Source: Schmidtea nova (Eukaryota). From it: a stretch of 64,000 nt of DNA. Location of the stretch: NCBI GenBank assembly GCA_044892505.1, contig CM097883.1, forward strand, positions 314,588,001 through 314,652,000, read 5' to 3'. The position numbers were made by a program, and so were the translations under genes. The notes beneath the pieces were generated by a model. That model saw only the letters and a list, made by a program, of their open reading frames with translations. It was not told the DNA's origin and ran no database searches. Positions 44,468-58,410 of the stretch are shown here, piece after piece; position 1 is the first letter of the stretch, and each line of letters begins with the position of its first letter.

Positions 44468-45814
44468 ATAACTATATGTATGCATTAATATGAATGAAAC
44501 GTAAATAAGAAATAAAGTAACATAAAAATATAATTTAAATGATAAAATCATAGGTACATATAAAATTCAAATAAACAAAATTTACTGTCCCATACCGTGA
44601 AAATAAAGTTTTCTTGGAGATTGATGTTTGAAAATTATCGTACTCAGAATGCAATTCTCAAAAATATAATAATGCTACTTAGTGATTTTTGGATCGGTAT
44701 TTATACTGATCCGGCTGGTCAGATTGACCAATCAGGATCAGACCGTCCATCAAAGTAATTCTGCTATTTTATTTAATTATAAATATTATTTTATTTCCGG
44801 TTCAGGTTTCTCGCTGGGTGGTCCTTATTTTCAAAGTAATTAATTAATTAATTGTACTATTATTTGATTTTATTTCTAATTTTCCTATTTCAGGCCCCCT
44901 TTGCTGCTTGTTCCAGTTTTATTTTTGAATTTTCCTTTTGCTGGAAATTTATTTAGTATTATTTATTATTTTATTCTTATTTTTAATTACCCTTTTCTTG
45001 ATGTTTTTGTATTTATTATTTTTATTCTTATTCAAATTTTTATATTATTTTTGTCATTTTAGGCCATTTGGCGGGCCCAACATTTATATCGATAAATAAC
45101 CATTCTCTGGATAATTTGCAAGTATAAGAACAATCGTAAAAAAGAAAACATGTAATTTATAGCGTCCATCCCAACTATACTGACTATGAAAGGTGGAATT
45201 TCGATGAGGTTTACTATTACATGAGGGAAACGGGCGACAAAACTAATGTGCTTGGTCTCCGTTTAAATATCTATTAAATCACTATTATCATTTAATAAAG
45301 AAAATTCATACGGAAATAATAGTTTTTTATTGTGTATAAAATCTCCAAAACAAAAATACATCAAGATCAATATCCACAGATTAATCCATATATTCCAAAA
45401 ATCCATGTAAGAGTCCTGCACGAAAGGACAGACTTGATTTTGCTGGTCACAATGATAATGACCTTCTTTCCATAGTCGTTGGCATATCGGGATTTGCCAG
45501 ATTTACTGCAGCCATTTGCGACGGAAACGCAATAAGAAGAAAATGCTGAGAAAGATTGGATTTTGTGACTAATTGACAATATTGAGGATTTCATTTCTGT
45601 TGGACGTATGACTTGAGATTTCTCCGGCAGTAATTGGGGCTATTAGGAATGATCATGTAATTTTAAAAAAAATAATGAAATTTTACCTCTATTTCCAGTT
45701 TGAAACGGAAACCTCTGTTGCTAAAAATACTTACCATAATAAAATTTAGCCAATAGGATCTTTGAATTTTTTGAAAGACGTTTATATAGTTATTCTTTTG
45801 TCAGTTTTTTGGTG

Positions 45815-46153
45815 ATGAAATCGACACTAGAACTAAACCGATGTTTAAGGACTGTGTCGGAAGATTTTGTAGAAAGATATCTGAAAGAGAAAATCCGAAC
45901 GAGCACATTCGATATATAGGTGCCAATAAAGGTCACCACCGTCGAAACGCAAACAGAGAACCTGAAAGTAGATGTATCCACGCACGTAGAAAAGGTAGTA
46001 GAAACTCCATCAGTGAGTCCAACGATTCTAGAACTAAAGAAATGAAATAGACTCGGCGCCAAGAGACGCAGGGAACAATGCGAATTCGCTGAACGGATGC
46101 ATATCCAAGTTGATTTGCTAAGCGTCTATCCGAGCGACAACCGATCAATTTGA
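45815..46153 (+). pseudogene. Protein B homolog C-terminal half (two stops), not in the ORF track
   Basis: LELNRCLR...KIRTSTFDI*V...SPTILELKK*NRLGAKRRRE...QVDLLS versus MELSNYLR...VIRTSTFNRWV...SPIILE...RLGAKKRRE...EVDLLS. Confidence 0.85.
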
Positions 46154-46363
46154 TTGACACTAGCGTGTTCATAGAATAATTGTGCTTTGATGGTTGTAAG
46201 ATTGCAGTTGCTAGTTAATTGATTGATAGTGGAAATGTATCGAATAAATTTATTCTATGTTTATGAGTTTTTAATGCATGAATAATTGGAATGCATGTAA
46301 AGTATGGTGAAAGACAAATTATAAACACTTAAAATAGAGGGACACAAAACGAAAACCAATAAG

Positions 46364-46433
46364 ACCTTCTATCGGTCAGAACGAACCCGTAGGGGCAATA
46401 GGAGAATAGTTATTGCGAAATAGTTCACCTGCC
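46364..46433 (+). ncRNA. GNRA-hairpin structured motif (copy 3)
   Basis: ACCTTCTATCGGT...GAACCCGT...GAA TAG TTATT GCGA AATAG TTCACCTGCC. Confidence 0.55.
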
Positions 46434-47534
46434 CTATTGACCTACACCGGCCAGTACACTACCAATGTGACTTGCAATTAGGAGCAAATCACGGGTACTA
46501 GCGCAGGGTTATAGCTTTTTATACTGGAAGGGTAAGTAAACCTCACGTTGAACATCAACCAACACACCAACAATATAAAATAGCGTACTATAGTATAAAG
46601 CAACCAATTAATTTGCAAGTTATATTTAGATAGGCGAAAAGCGTAAAATCTTTTATAGATATAATATTCTATATTGAATTTTAGTAGTTCTTTAATTTTA
46701 TATAAAAGGGGGGCGCCGAAGTTTATTTTGTCTAAACTAAATTAATTTAAAATGCTAATGCATTTTTGTGCATCTTTTATAGCCTAAGGGGTGAATTTAA
46801 AGTTCCAAAGCGAATAAAATCTTCAAACGCTAACCGTTGCCTTTGCTAAAGCCTCGGCAAGAATTTAAAACCTTAGAAAATTTTTAATTTTTAATTTTAA
46901 TTTTAATTTAATTTAACTTTTAACATGGTTTCATTGCTTTTTTTCCAAAGAGACTCATATTCAAATAACAATTTCCCGAATTAAAAAATAATAAATTTAA
47001 AATTTCATAAATAATGGAAGCAAACGCCACACAGTCTCAGTGTCTTCAGGAATCGATTATCGCCGGCCAGATAATATATTCTAACGTCAATAAACGTTCG
47101 GAGTTGGGTGGCTACGAAATGTTTAAGGATAAACTTTCTAGACATGAAGGCGTGAAAACATTCATGTTTCCTTTTGGAACTAATTTTGTTTTTCTCTAGG
47201 GATCAATGTTTCATCGGTCACGATTGAGGGTAACATTCGTTTTAGACGCTACTGATCGTTTCCAATCATCATCCTATCTGACTGAGAGTAGGTGAAATAA
47301 AAAAGGAAAAAGTCTTTCGATATCCGAAAATTTTTGACACTTTTGGGACAAATTATTTTAATAATTTTGCTTTGTTTATTGTTGTTTTATGAATATTTAA
47401 AATTAGTTCTTGAAAGAAATCAAGGATTATTGATGTGTTGATGCTTAAGAATGATCTAGTCTGATAAAAGTTAATTTGTCTTGATGTGATTATTTATCTG
47501 AAATATCGATTGAAAGTCTTATTGAATATTTATA

Positions 47535-47780
47535 GATTAATTGTTGAATATGGGACAAAATTAGAATTAAGCCTTCTATTGGTCGACATTAACCCCCTGT
47601 GATGTTCAGTCATTCATAGTTTCGATTTTTTCGACGTTAACAGTTTGTGAATATCCGCCCATTTGTTGGTTTACCAACGTTACTCTGTGGCGGCAACAAG
47701 ATAGTTTTAACTAATGTTTTATGTGTTGAGTTGTTGTCGTGAGCCATATAAATGTCATATTGACGATCAGCAACCCACCG
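47535..47780 (+). repeat. Repeat family R copy
   Basis: Inverted homolog of 51815-52075. Confidence 0.8.
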
Positions 47781-48349
47781 TAATTATGGCTAGATCAGTG
47801 AGGCCAGATGTCAGGAATCATAAAAGTATCGTGGGTATGATAACAGTAATCAAAGAACCATTCAAATTTAACAACTTACAGATCAAAAGATCTTACTGTA
47901 TTTCAATAGTTATGCATTCAAGTTAAAATAATCAGCCAAAACCTCACAAATAATTTTTTTCCGAAATAAACTAAATATTATTAATATTGAAAAAGATTTT
48001 TGACAAATACATTTTTTTAGAATCATTGAGATTAAAAAAATAATTTTAACTAAGAAAATTAACTTATATTACAAAAAGAAAAATTAATTAATTATTTTAA
48101 AAGTATAATTTGTATTTAATTAATGAAAATAAAAAAAAATTAGAAAAAATATTAATTCTAAATGAAATCTAATTCCACTATAAATTTAAAAATTACAATT
48201 ACGTCAATTATTTAAGACAACTTCCACATTAAGATTTGTTTAAATAAGATTCATAAATAAACATTGAATTCATTCTAAAACGGTTAGCATCTTGTTTTTT
48301 TTTGTTTTTTTAATTTTTAAAAAAAAATTTAATTCCATTTAACCTTTAG

Positions 48350-49472
48350 ATGCGTGGCAATATTGATGAACGTGGAAAAAAACTTTTCATAGGTGGACTT
48401 CACTTGAAAACCACCGAAGAAAGTCTAAAAGGATTTTATTCTCAATGGGGAGAAATAGTCGATGTCGTAGTAATGAGAGATCCTCAAACAGGCAAATCAC
48501 GTGGATTTGGATTCGTCACCTATTCCGATTCGTCATCAGTTGATGATGCTCAAAGCAATCGGCCCCATGAAGTAGATGGCATAAAAGTCGACTCAAAACG
48601 AGCAATGCCTAAAGAAGACACATCACCAGAATTCCATGCAACTGTTAACCGATTATTTGTCGGTAGACTCAAGCGAAATGTTGTTGCCGATGATTTGAGA
48701 CAATATTTCGGTGAATATGGGACTATTGCTGATGCAGTTATAATAAACAATTCTAATGGCGAATCACGGGGTTTTGGATTTGTTACTTTTGATGACACCG
48801 ACTCAGTTGATAAGATAATTGTCACTCGACCCCATCAATTGGATGGAAATCCCATAGAAGTTAAGAAAGCTCTACCGAGAGATGATAATAGTAGTAGTAA
48901 TAAATCTAACAGACAACAATCGAATCCAGGTAAAACTTTAATTTTTCATTTTTAAGAAATGAGATTTGATTAATCAAGTTATAATAGGAAATAGATCCAC
49001 ACCACGAGGAGGCTATAGCAATAGTGTTGCTTCAAATAACCGTTACTCACAAGACGACTATAGTTCTTCATACGGTAGCTATCCTACTGCTGCTAATAGT
49101 AGTAGCAGCACCTATAACAATAGGAACTATGGAACTACTACTGGTAGTGGTGGTTTTAATCAAGGATACTCACAAAACTATAGTAGCAGCAATAAGTTTA
49201 GCAACAACAATAGTAGATTAAGTGACAGTTTCGAAAATAACGAACTCAGTTATAGTCAACCAACATACGCTAATGAAACTAGTTACAACAGTTACGGACA
49301 ATATGATACACCTAACCCCCCTTCGAGTCGATATGGTTATCCTCCATACAATAGTATTGGTGGTGGTGGTATGGGTGGTGAGTATAATCAAAGACAAGGC
49401 GGTGGTCCAATGAGGGGAGCGCCAAGACCCAGTAGGGGTGGCGCTGGTGGATATGGAAATTATCCTTATTAA
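48350..49472 (+). CDS. hnRNP A/B-family RNA-binding protein (2 RRMs + low-complexity tail), 2 coding exons
   Basis: RNP2/RNP1 LFIGGL/RGFGFVTY and LFVGRL/RGFGFVTF. Phase-1 GT-AG intron 48930-48987 (58 nt); spliced product 354 aa; AATAAA at 49571. Confidence 0.93.
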
Positions 49473-51814
49473 GTATAAAAATTCTAAAATGTAGAAAAAC
49501 TTAATCATTTTTGCATTCATTTTTTTAGGTATTTATACTTGTTTCCTGCGTATATTATTACTGTATTGCTAATAAATGTGTGTATTAATGAATATATTTA
49601 CTTGTTTAATTGACTTAAGTTTTAAAAACAATTTTTATTATCCGCCATTTTAATTGTTTATATAAACAGCCGCCATTTTTAACATTACATAACGTCGTGC
49701 AAAATAAACTTTTCTGTGGATAAAAACTTAATAATTTGATAAGCATTTGAAATATTTATTTAATTTTTAGAGGAATTTATTTAAAATGGTAAAAAGTGGA
49801 TAATTAATTTGATTATGGAAATTTATTAAATAATTTAAGTGTTTTTATTTTGTTGTACTAATTTTAATTGTGTAGTGGTGATTTCATATTTATATGTCAT
49901 TCTTAAAGTTTGTTTTGAATTAAATTTTTCACAATAATTATACTGTAGCGTGGATATTTATAATGAACCAGTTTTACCTATCTAACAATGCATACTTTTT
50001 AAATTATTTTAACAACGAAAATTATATTAATTGACACTAAATCAGAAAATCTGTGTATATAAATTTTAAAACTAAAATAATCTTACTGGTTTGATCTGTT
50101 GAATTTAATAATACGAAATACTTTCAGTTATAATAAAAAATAGATAATTTAAATTTATAAATCTTACAATGTTCCAATATTTGATTTATTACTTAATTTA
50201 CTGTTTGCATTGTTGTGTTGAATATAATTGCAGAGATTAATCTTATTCAATATTAAAATGTTGAATTATTAATTTTAGATCTATCATTGAATTAACTTTT
50301 AGATATTTAACAAATTATCCGTTATATTAATTATGATAAATATTTGTCTGGAAAAGTTTGAGTTTCCACTTTATGATGAATATTTTGAAATTAATTTTAA
50401 CTATCATCCAAATTGATATTCTGATTTACAAAACTGAATTATTATTTCTTGTTCTGTGTCATCCTTAAATTTTTAGAACAGACAGCACTAATAACGCGAT
50501 TAATTATTCCCGCATTATATGGAAGTCACACTCTAAGAAATTCCGAATTTATACAAATCAGATTAATAGAAATATATACATTTAATTTTCTTGTAATGGG
50601 AAACAGCCTTATCAATATTCAACAAAACTTTGAAATCAAAATAGATTTCAATTATAAAGCTTTCTACTTGTCGGAGAAACACATTTTAAAAATAATATTA
50701 AATATAAACAGCAATGCTTTATGTTTTGTTCACTACGAAAGTGAATTTCAATCGTAAAAATTTAATACAGAAATTTTTAACTTCCATGAAAATGAATTAG
50801 CGATATTATTATTTTCAAAACCGTGTTAATGTAATACTTCCATCCATCGCTTTATACAGTCCCCGAAATAAAACCAGTTTCTTTTTACGTAATACAATTT
50901 TGATTTGCATGGTTAAAGACTTAAGACAAGGATTATTTTCATATATTTTTAAAAGGAACATTCGTTACTTTAGCGTTTATAGAACCAAGTAATGTTTAAA
51001 TGTAATATTTGATGCTATTTGTAGTAACAGGCGCGTTTCAAACTTATTTGAATTTCATCACTACCATTTAAGAAAGTCGATTCCATCCAGAATCGAACCC
51101 ATGGATTTCATAATCAGACCAACGACCCTTATTTGACTACCAAATTACTTTGAAAACCTGATCAAATTTGCGTAAATATATTAATATTTTACAGATTAAA
51201 TGTATATACAACTCATATAACCACTTATTTTAATTATTAAGTCATTCCAAAACCAACCATGTGCATGATACGAAATTTAAAAAAATATTCACGTAACAAT
51301 TTCCAGGAACGCGGCAACTATATAAAGCGAGGAATGGCAGTATATTAAATAGTATTCTATGCAATGAGTTTTAGTACATGTAGTAATGGTAATTGTAAAA
51401 TTAATACAAAATAGAATTTATAGGAACTTGAAAGATAAATAAAGTTATTATTTTAAAACTACTATAATGCCTATTTTATATTTAGTTCAAGTTCAATTCG
51501 AGGATTAGAGAGAAAATATTCCATTGGAAATTAAGGATGAATTGAAGTAATGATTTTCAATTAAGAACGTATCATGCAGATGGACGGAGTTGTCATAAAA
51601 AGAAAAATTTTAAAGGACATGATGAGTAAGATGAGCCAAATGTCCATTATATAAATGAAGACAGCATTAATGATTCATTAAAATAATGGTCATAATATCT
51701 GCAAAATTCTTCACGATTAATTATGTTATTCATTACATAGTACATGTTTTAGTTTCAATGGTTATTCTTTCGAAATTTTATTTCTGCAACGCATTATTCC
51801 AAAAACCAATTGTT

Positions 51815-52075
51815 GCTGCTGGTGGGTCGTTGATCGTGAATATGACCTTGACGTTGCTATGGGTCACATCAACAACTCAACATATAAAACATTAGATTAA
51901 CCATTTTGTTATCCGTCACATTGTAACGTTGGTAATGCAACTAATGGGTGGGTAATCGCAATCAGTGAGCGTCGAGAATTCGAAGCTATGATTGACCGAA
52001 TATCTCCTGGGTCCAAGGGCTACCGATAGAAGGTTTAATGCCCATTTTTGTCCCTTCTTCAACGATTTATCAATA
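51815..52075 (-). repeat. Repeat family R copy, uninterrupted (empty site for the 22539 hAT)
   Basis: TATCTCCTGG|GTCCAAGG is contiguous here and split at 22538/25253. Confidence 0.85.
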
Positions 52076-52094
52076 ATATTTTAATCGGAATTTC

Positions 52095-53830
52095 AAAATA
52101 AATGCTGGGTTTATGGGTGGTTTTAAATAATTAATAATAATTAAACAAATAATCATAAATAAGTATACTAGGGATGCCTCACCCATAACCATACATAACA
52201 ACAAATCGTCTCACTCGCACACCCCTACCTATTCCCTATCTAGTTAGGTTGGAACTGCGCGCGGTGGTTGAAAAATGATGGGCAGGTGAGCTCCATCGCT
52301 GGAACTACTCCCCATTTATTTTCACGGGTTCCCGCTGCCGCTAGAAGGTCTTACGCGTTATTCTCTCAATGTCTACGTTCAACTTCCTTAAAATATTAAC
52401 AAACGTCTTTTAAATAGAGATTTGATTAAGCTACCAACTCTTTACGCTATATAAAACACAAAGTAATGCGCTGCACCTTAAAATTATATTTATTTATAAA
52501 AACTCTCGAAAATCTCCTTTACTCAAAATCACCGCTATGTCGTTGCATCGCTATGCGTAAAAAATCTATTGATCAAGTTCGTCTTGCTAACATTTTAATT
52601 CTGAAATTTAATCGCTGCATAAGATGTAAAATTCCTGTAAAACTCCAAAATTATCGCTGAAAAATGCGCAAACCTCAAAGCCTATCGTTCAACACTCAAA
52701 AGTCCTATCACTATATGAAACCCTCAAAATCTATCGCAATTACAAAAAAAAAATTCTCTATGTGTAACGATTCATTATGTGCAACCTCAAAAATATCCGA
52801 AAAATCCCAGAATACATAATTTATAAAAAGGTACAACCGCCGTGTGAAGCTACGAGGCTCCACGACGACGACTATGTCTCCCTCACCGCGTTAGCAGCAT
52901 AGGAAGCATATCTATATAACAATTTTATATAATGACTACAATAATACTCATCATCGAATATTTATTTTTGGAAAAATTAGCCTCAAAACTTTACTATGAC
53001 CACTACATAACAAATTACCCAACACATCTCACACAAAAATACTCAAATTACACAAAAATACCCGTTCGAAATCGATCCACACGACTGGCGAAATCAAAAC
53101 CAAATTTTTGCTCTCAGTAAATTAATGCCAAGTAAGTTTAGATTGTGATTTTTCAGCATCTATTTATACTAATTTTACTGACGCTTAGATATTTTGTTAT
53201 TTACATAATTTATTAACAATTTAAACTTACTTATTAGTTTTAATAAGTGAGCATTTATTTATCTTTCATAAATTTAACTTTATAATTTGATTTATTTATT
53301 TCGAAAATATTTGTTTTTAATTCTATTAAATTAGGTGTGTATCTATTGTTTTATTGTGCATTTATTGATTAAAACAATTTAATTTTAAATCTATTTTCAT
53401 TCCTATCTCTGTTAATTTTTGCGATATTTCAATGGGGATTTATTCTATAATTTTTAATAAATTATTTTCTTTATTCTGATACCGATTCATAACTTTTTCA
53501 TAATCACTTTACAAGCACCGATCTTCCCCATTCAATTCTCATGCGGCCCTTCGTGTGTAAATCCGACCTGCACTCAAATTGTGTGCTCTCCTATGAGATG
53601 CCTCTTTTTATCGCTTCAACCTTATCTCGACAGACTTATAAGATGCAGTTCGTATGACTACTATTGTACTTAACTGTTTTTATTTTCCCTTGCGTTATTT
53701 TACTGCTTAACGTCTTGTCGTTCGTTTCTCTTTGTTTCTCTTTGTATGTATTTATTTTTTAATAAATTTTAATAAAATTTTATTTTTGATTTCACCAGCC
53801 CAACAACACTCCGGGGCCCGTTTAAATTGC
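52095..53830 (-). mobile_element. Short LTR relative lacking ORFs A and B
   Basis: TATA at 53161-53168, structured island at 52837-52907, GNRA motif at 52281-52349; boundaries approximate. Confidence 0.6.
52281..52349 (-). ncRNA. GNRA-hairpin structured motif (copy 4)
   Basis: GGCAG...GAACCCGT...GGGGAG TAG TTCCA GCGA TGGAG CTCACCTGCC. Confidence 0.55.
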
Positions 53831-55366
53831 GTCCCGCAATGTGATTAATTATACAACATAAAATCTATTTCATCATTCTGTCATTACTCTTTACATTGAA
53901 GGAAAATAAATTAGATTACACCAATAAATATCAAAATTATAAGCATACAAAAATCATTCAAGGTGTTTGGTTTATACATATAATCACAATAATTGTTATT
54001 GTTTAATGCAACTGTTAGTTCATTTGTTGGATCCTTTGACTCGTTGTGGGTTTGTTTTCATCTAATGGGTTTATTTCGTTGATGGTTTCCAATTTGAATT
54101 TCGGCGTTTTTACTATTAATTCTATATTAAGGATTGTTGGGATAACGAGTCGATTCTCCTTGATTCTCTATGATACATATACCTTGATACTTTGTCCGTT
54201 CATTTACCATTACGGTTTTATTCACATAAGCAATTTTCCATTATTTTATACAGATGTTCCTGAACCCAGTCTTTCTCCCTGCATTCCTCTGTTAAAATTC
54301 ACATTCTTGTTTGATTTTCTCAAGGTGGTTAATTATTGCTTTCGTTCTTTCGTTCTTTGACGCATTTCTGTCTATTCTGACCCCATTTCCTGGCTGAAGC
54401 TTCTTGTCGATTCTTTCTTCTTTTTGTTTTCTTTTCTCAATTTTGTTTCTGTCATGTTCATCAGGTTCTTGTAGGTTTCGGTAGTTTTCTGGTCTCTTGA
54501 TGTACTCTTTCTGTCTTTCTTTATTTCTTTAAAGTTCTATAATATACATACCCCTGGAGGTAATAATATGGTTATGCATTTGATTTTCACTATCTACATA
54601 TAGTCATATCCCAACCTCGATACCACGACTGTTCTTTTTACTTCGTATTGACTAGCGTTTTTTAATTCCTTTCATTTCTTTTCGTATCAAATTTCGTTTG
54701 GCTTCATTTTCAATTAGCTCAATTGATCCACCATTTCAAATACTTTCGTTTTGTCTGTCATATTGGTTTTTTTTTGCCTTACTCTTATCGCGTCTGATGA
54801 GGTTTAATCTACCTTCGTATTCCGTTGTATTGATTAGTTTAATATAGTCTAATTTTAGGTTTTCTTTTCTAGATCTCTTTTCTGGCCTGATTTAGCCATT
54901 TTCCTTTCTGATTTTCTTTGTGAACTTGTTTTTTTTTTTAATTTTTGTGGTTTGGGTTTACAGTGGACTAGCTTGATGATTTCTTGATTTTTTGCTTATT
55001 GATTTTTGAAATACATATACATTGGGTTTACAAAAATCTGTTTCATTACTGGCATTTAAATTTCTTTGATTTCTACAAATAGTAATACCATATTGATACG
55101 TATACATTGAATTTGCAATTTACAATTTATCCACTTTATTTCTTTCTACACTTCCCTCTTCACCACCTCATTGTTTGCGGTGAGAGCTTTTACGGTTTCT
55201 ACATTTTTTGCAATTTCGACGTATTCTGATGCCGACTCTTGATAGTTTCGATTTTCCTTCTCTTCTAATCGAGTTATTACTGACATTAGTTGGTTTTTGA
55301 GATCTGTTTATTATTTCTTTTTGTATAATAATTTCTTGTTTATAAATGAGAGCTAATCGCATCATA

Positions 55367-58360
55367 TTAGTAAATTGTGTCTCTTTGACTTTTATTTTCT
55401 TCCATCAAGATTTTTTGTATTCTACTGAGATTGTTTACTTGCTTTTCCAACATGTGGACTCTATTATTTTCCCATTTGTTTATGTTCCTCAACTGCTTTT
55501 GGTTTCCTTGATTTGCGTATTCCTTGTTGTTTTGATTAATTTTCGCCTGATTCCTTGCTATGGTACACTGGAATGCTAAATGTCCTCTTTGTCTGCATTG
55601 GTAACATATTTGTACATACTCGTGAGTCACTTTGTTTCGTTCCTTCTTGTGATCGTTTTGAACAATTCAATTTTCGTAATACCCTTCTACATGTTTGTTA
55701 TTATTATTTATGAATTCGTATTGCTTCGTTTCCTTTGTTGTCTTTCACATAATTTCGTTACTGATTTTGTCCAGCTGATTTTGGTTTTCCTGTTGTTTCT
55801 TGCGATTCCGGAAATTTCTTGAAATGTGCCCTTTTTTCCCACAGTTGTAACATCCTTGAATACCACAAACTTTCTTTCCATGTCCTTTCCTTCCACATTT
55901 AATACATATTTTGTTCTTGAAACAGCTGCTTTCTAAGTGTCCTTGTCTTTGGCAGCATTTACACCATTTGTCCTTTTTGTATAGATACTCTTCTTTTAGT
56001 TCTTGTTGGCCTTTCTTTTCCTTCTTTTCATTTTTGTTTCCTTCTTCTGCGTTTCTGGTTTGTTCTTTTCTCTTTTCGGCTTCTGTCATATCGTTTATTA
56101 CTGACTGCTTGCTGTGTTTATTTCCCGTAACAAGTTGATCTATTATTATCTTTCCCATTTCTTCGATTATTTCGCTTTCAATTATGGTTTTTCTGTCCTG
56201 TTCTGTTTGGTTCCTCGTCTCTATTTTTCTAAGCATATTGATTCTTGGTTTATTCTTTTCTTGTTGTCCCCATAGTTCTTCTATCTTTTGTGCACTATTA
56301 CTTCTATTCGCCATTTTCAACATATCTGCTTTTAGTAGTTCTTCCTTTATCTTCCTCCAATGTTCCTCGTTGCCACACGCCTGCAATCCTCATATTTTAC
56401 TCCACCTGAATTCTTCTTGACGGGCTTCTTTGATTGTTGGCTTTTGTAGTTCTGATTGACAACTTGTCATCATGTTGATTCTCTCTGTTATTCTTGCTAG
56501 TTCTTTTCCATTCTCTTTGAATTTCGCGGTTTCGTCCTTTTTACTTGTGACTGCTATTTGTTTGAGTACTTCTTCAAATTGTTCTTTTTGTTCCTGGAAT
56601 CTTCCTTGTAATATACGAGCTTCATCTCCATTTAGTTTGCTACTACGTTCTTCTCCTATTCTTGCCTCATCTAATTGCAGCTCTAGCCATTCTCGACGTT
56701 GTTTCTGTTGTGGTGTTTCTTCTGTTAATGTTGGTTCGATGAATGTAAGTTTGTTGATTTTTGGTTGTTGCTCTATCCTTGTTATCCTTTTGATCACCTC
56801 GTTTAGTCTAGAGATTTCTTCCAATTGTCTTATTTCTCTGTCATTTGCGTTGTTGCTCAGACTGTTGTTTTGATTATAGCTGTTTATTTCATTTCCATTT
56901 GTCTGCGGGTTTCTGTGTAGATTATTTTTGGTCCCACATTTTCGTGCTATATGTCCTAATTCGCCACAACTATAGCATCCCGGTACTCCAAATATTTTCT
57001 CAGAATGTCCCCACATCTTGCACTTCTCACAAAATTGATTTTTATAACACTCACTCCTCGAATATCCGGGTTTTCAACATGTTTGGCATTGTTTGGTGTT
57101 GTTCAGGGTGTTATTGTTTCTGGGTTTATTCTCGATGTTGCCTCTATCGTCGTTATTTTCTTTTCTTGTTTGTCTGTTCCCAGTTTTTTGGTTTGTATTC
57201 GTTGGCTAACTTGATTTCCTTCATCTTTCGATTCGTTTGATGTTGCTGTTAGGACTCTGCTGTCGTTTACCCCTATATGTAACTCATATCTATTTGCAAT
57301 TTCTAGTGCATCGTCAATTGTTATGCATCCTTTACAACCCACTTGAGCTCGAATATCTGGTCTTCTCAATCCTCGTACAAATATTGCTGTCATCAATTCT
57401 TCTTTCATTGGGTTTTCCATGTTGAATGCTAGTTTGGCTAATTTCCTTAGTTCGCTTGCGTATACTGCATTTGATTCGTTCTTCCTCTGCCTTCTTGCTG
57501 AAAAATCATCGAATGCCTGGCTTTATACTTTGTTTATTCCGAATGTTTGGTGGAAAAATTCTTTTATTCCGTCCCAACTTTTAAATGGTTTGGTTCCTCC
57601 TTTCGCTTCTAGGTACAAATCTAACGCACTGTCTCTAAGGTATAGTGGGATTCGACCGATTATTGTTTCTGGATCCCATCTATAATCCTCGACGAATACA
57701 CCAAATTCCTTTAAAAACGTTTCTAATCTACTGGCGTCTCCGTTGAATGGTTCGCCTTGAAATCTTTCTCGATATTCTTTTCTCTTTTGTGTTATTGACG
57801 ATGGTGGTGTATCTAACTCATTTCCGTTTCTTTCAATATTCATTTTCCTGTTTCTTGTTTCCGTATTTGTTGTTTTATTCTCCGTATACTTTTCTGGTTG
57901 TTCAATTTGTGCTTGGCTTTTCCTAGAGTTATCTTCGATGCTTGTTCTTGCTGTCTTTTGATAGAATTGGGTGTTTATTGAAATTTCTCTGTTTTCTTTG
58001 ATGTTTGATTCACTGTTTGTATTCTGGGTGTATTTATCGTTTGTTATTTGATAGGTTCTTTTTATTGATACTGATCGTGCTCTTTTAATTTTTTCCACTA
58101 CGGATTTGTCTAATAATTGGTTAAATTTAGAACTGGGTCTGAATTTCTTTCTGTAAAGATTCTCAATGATGGCGAATTTCTTTCCTGATTTGGATTCCGA
58201 TTTTTGTACGATTACTCAATTTACCGCTGACTTCTTTTTAACTTGGGTTTGTCCTCTTGAATTATGTTTTACTTGTTCTGTATCTGTAGCTTTCTGTTCG
58301 TTTGACTTGTTGGTTGTTGTTGACTTGAATTGGTTGCTTGGTTCGTTTTTTGATTGAAAT
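55367..58360 (-). pseudogene. gag: Frameshifted gag of element 2 with an expanded zinc-knuckle region
   Basis: FQGEPFNGDASRLETFLKEFGVF...IPLYLRDSALDLY, FVRGLRRPDIRAQVGCKGC; near-identical to element 1 capsid; ORFs 57523-58098, 57103-57420, 56390-57016, 55745-56386, 55367-55630. Confidence 0.92.
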
Positions 58361-58410
58361 CTACAAAATAAAATACACTTTTAACCATTTGGGTGGCTGT
58401 CACCGCTCAC
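58361..58410 (-). other. Predicted 50 nt intron upstream of element 2 gag
   Basis: CTGG|GTGAGC...TATTTTATTTTGTAG|ATTTC restores a DFNQKTNQATNSSQ N-terminus homologous to element 1. Confidence 0.55.

Larger units (their letters stand above)
42112..45176 (-). mobile_element. Diverged solo-LTR-like relative of the element 1 LTR
   Basis: Same order as element 1: CCAAT/TATA, GC-rich structured island, ORF A, ORF B, GNRA motif, ATTTATGCTG end. No PBS; boundaries approximate. Confidence 0.7.

Noticed and set aside
45367-45594. P-loop-like GCSKSGKSRYA in a 75 aa ORF
   Set aside because: Spacing does not fit GxxxxGK[ST] with a preceding strand, there is no Walker B, and there is no homolog in the window.
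51080-51145. tRNA or tRNA-derived SINE head (minus strand GGTTCGATTCT)
   Set aside because: Only a B-box-like match; no cloverleaf can be built.
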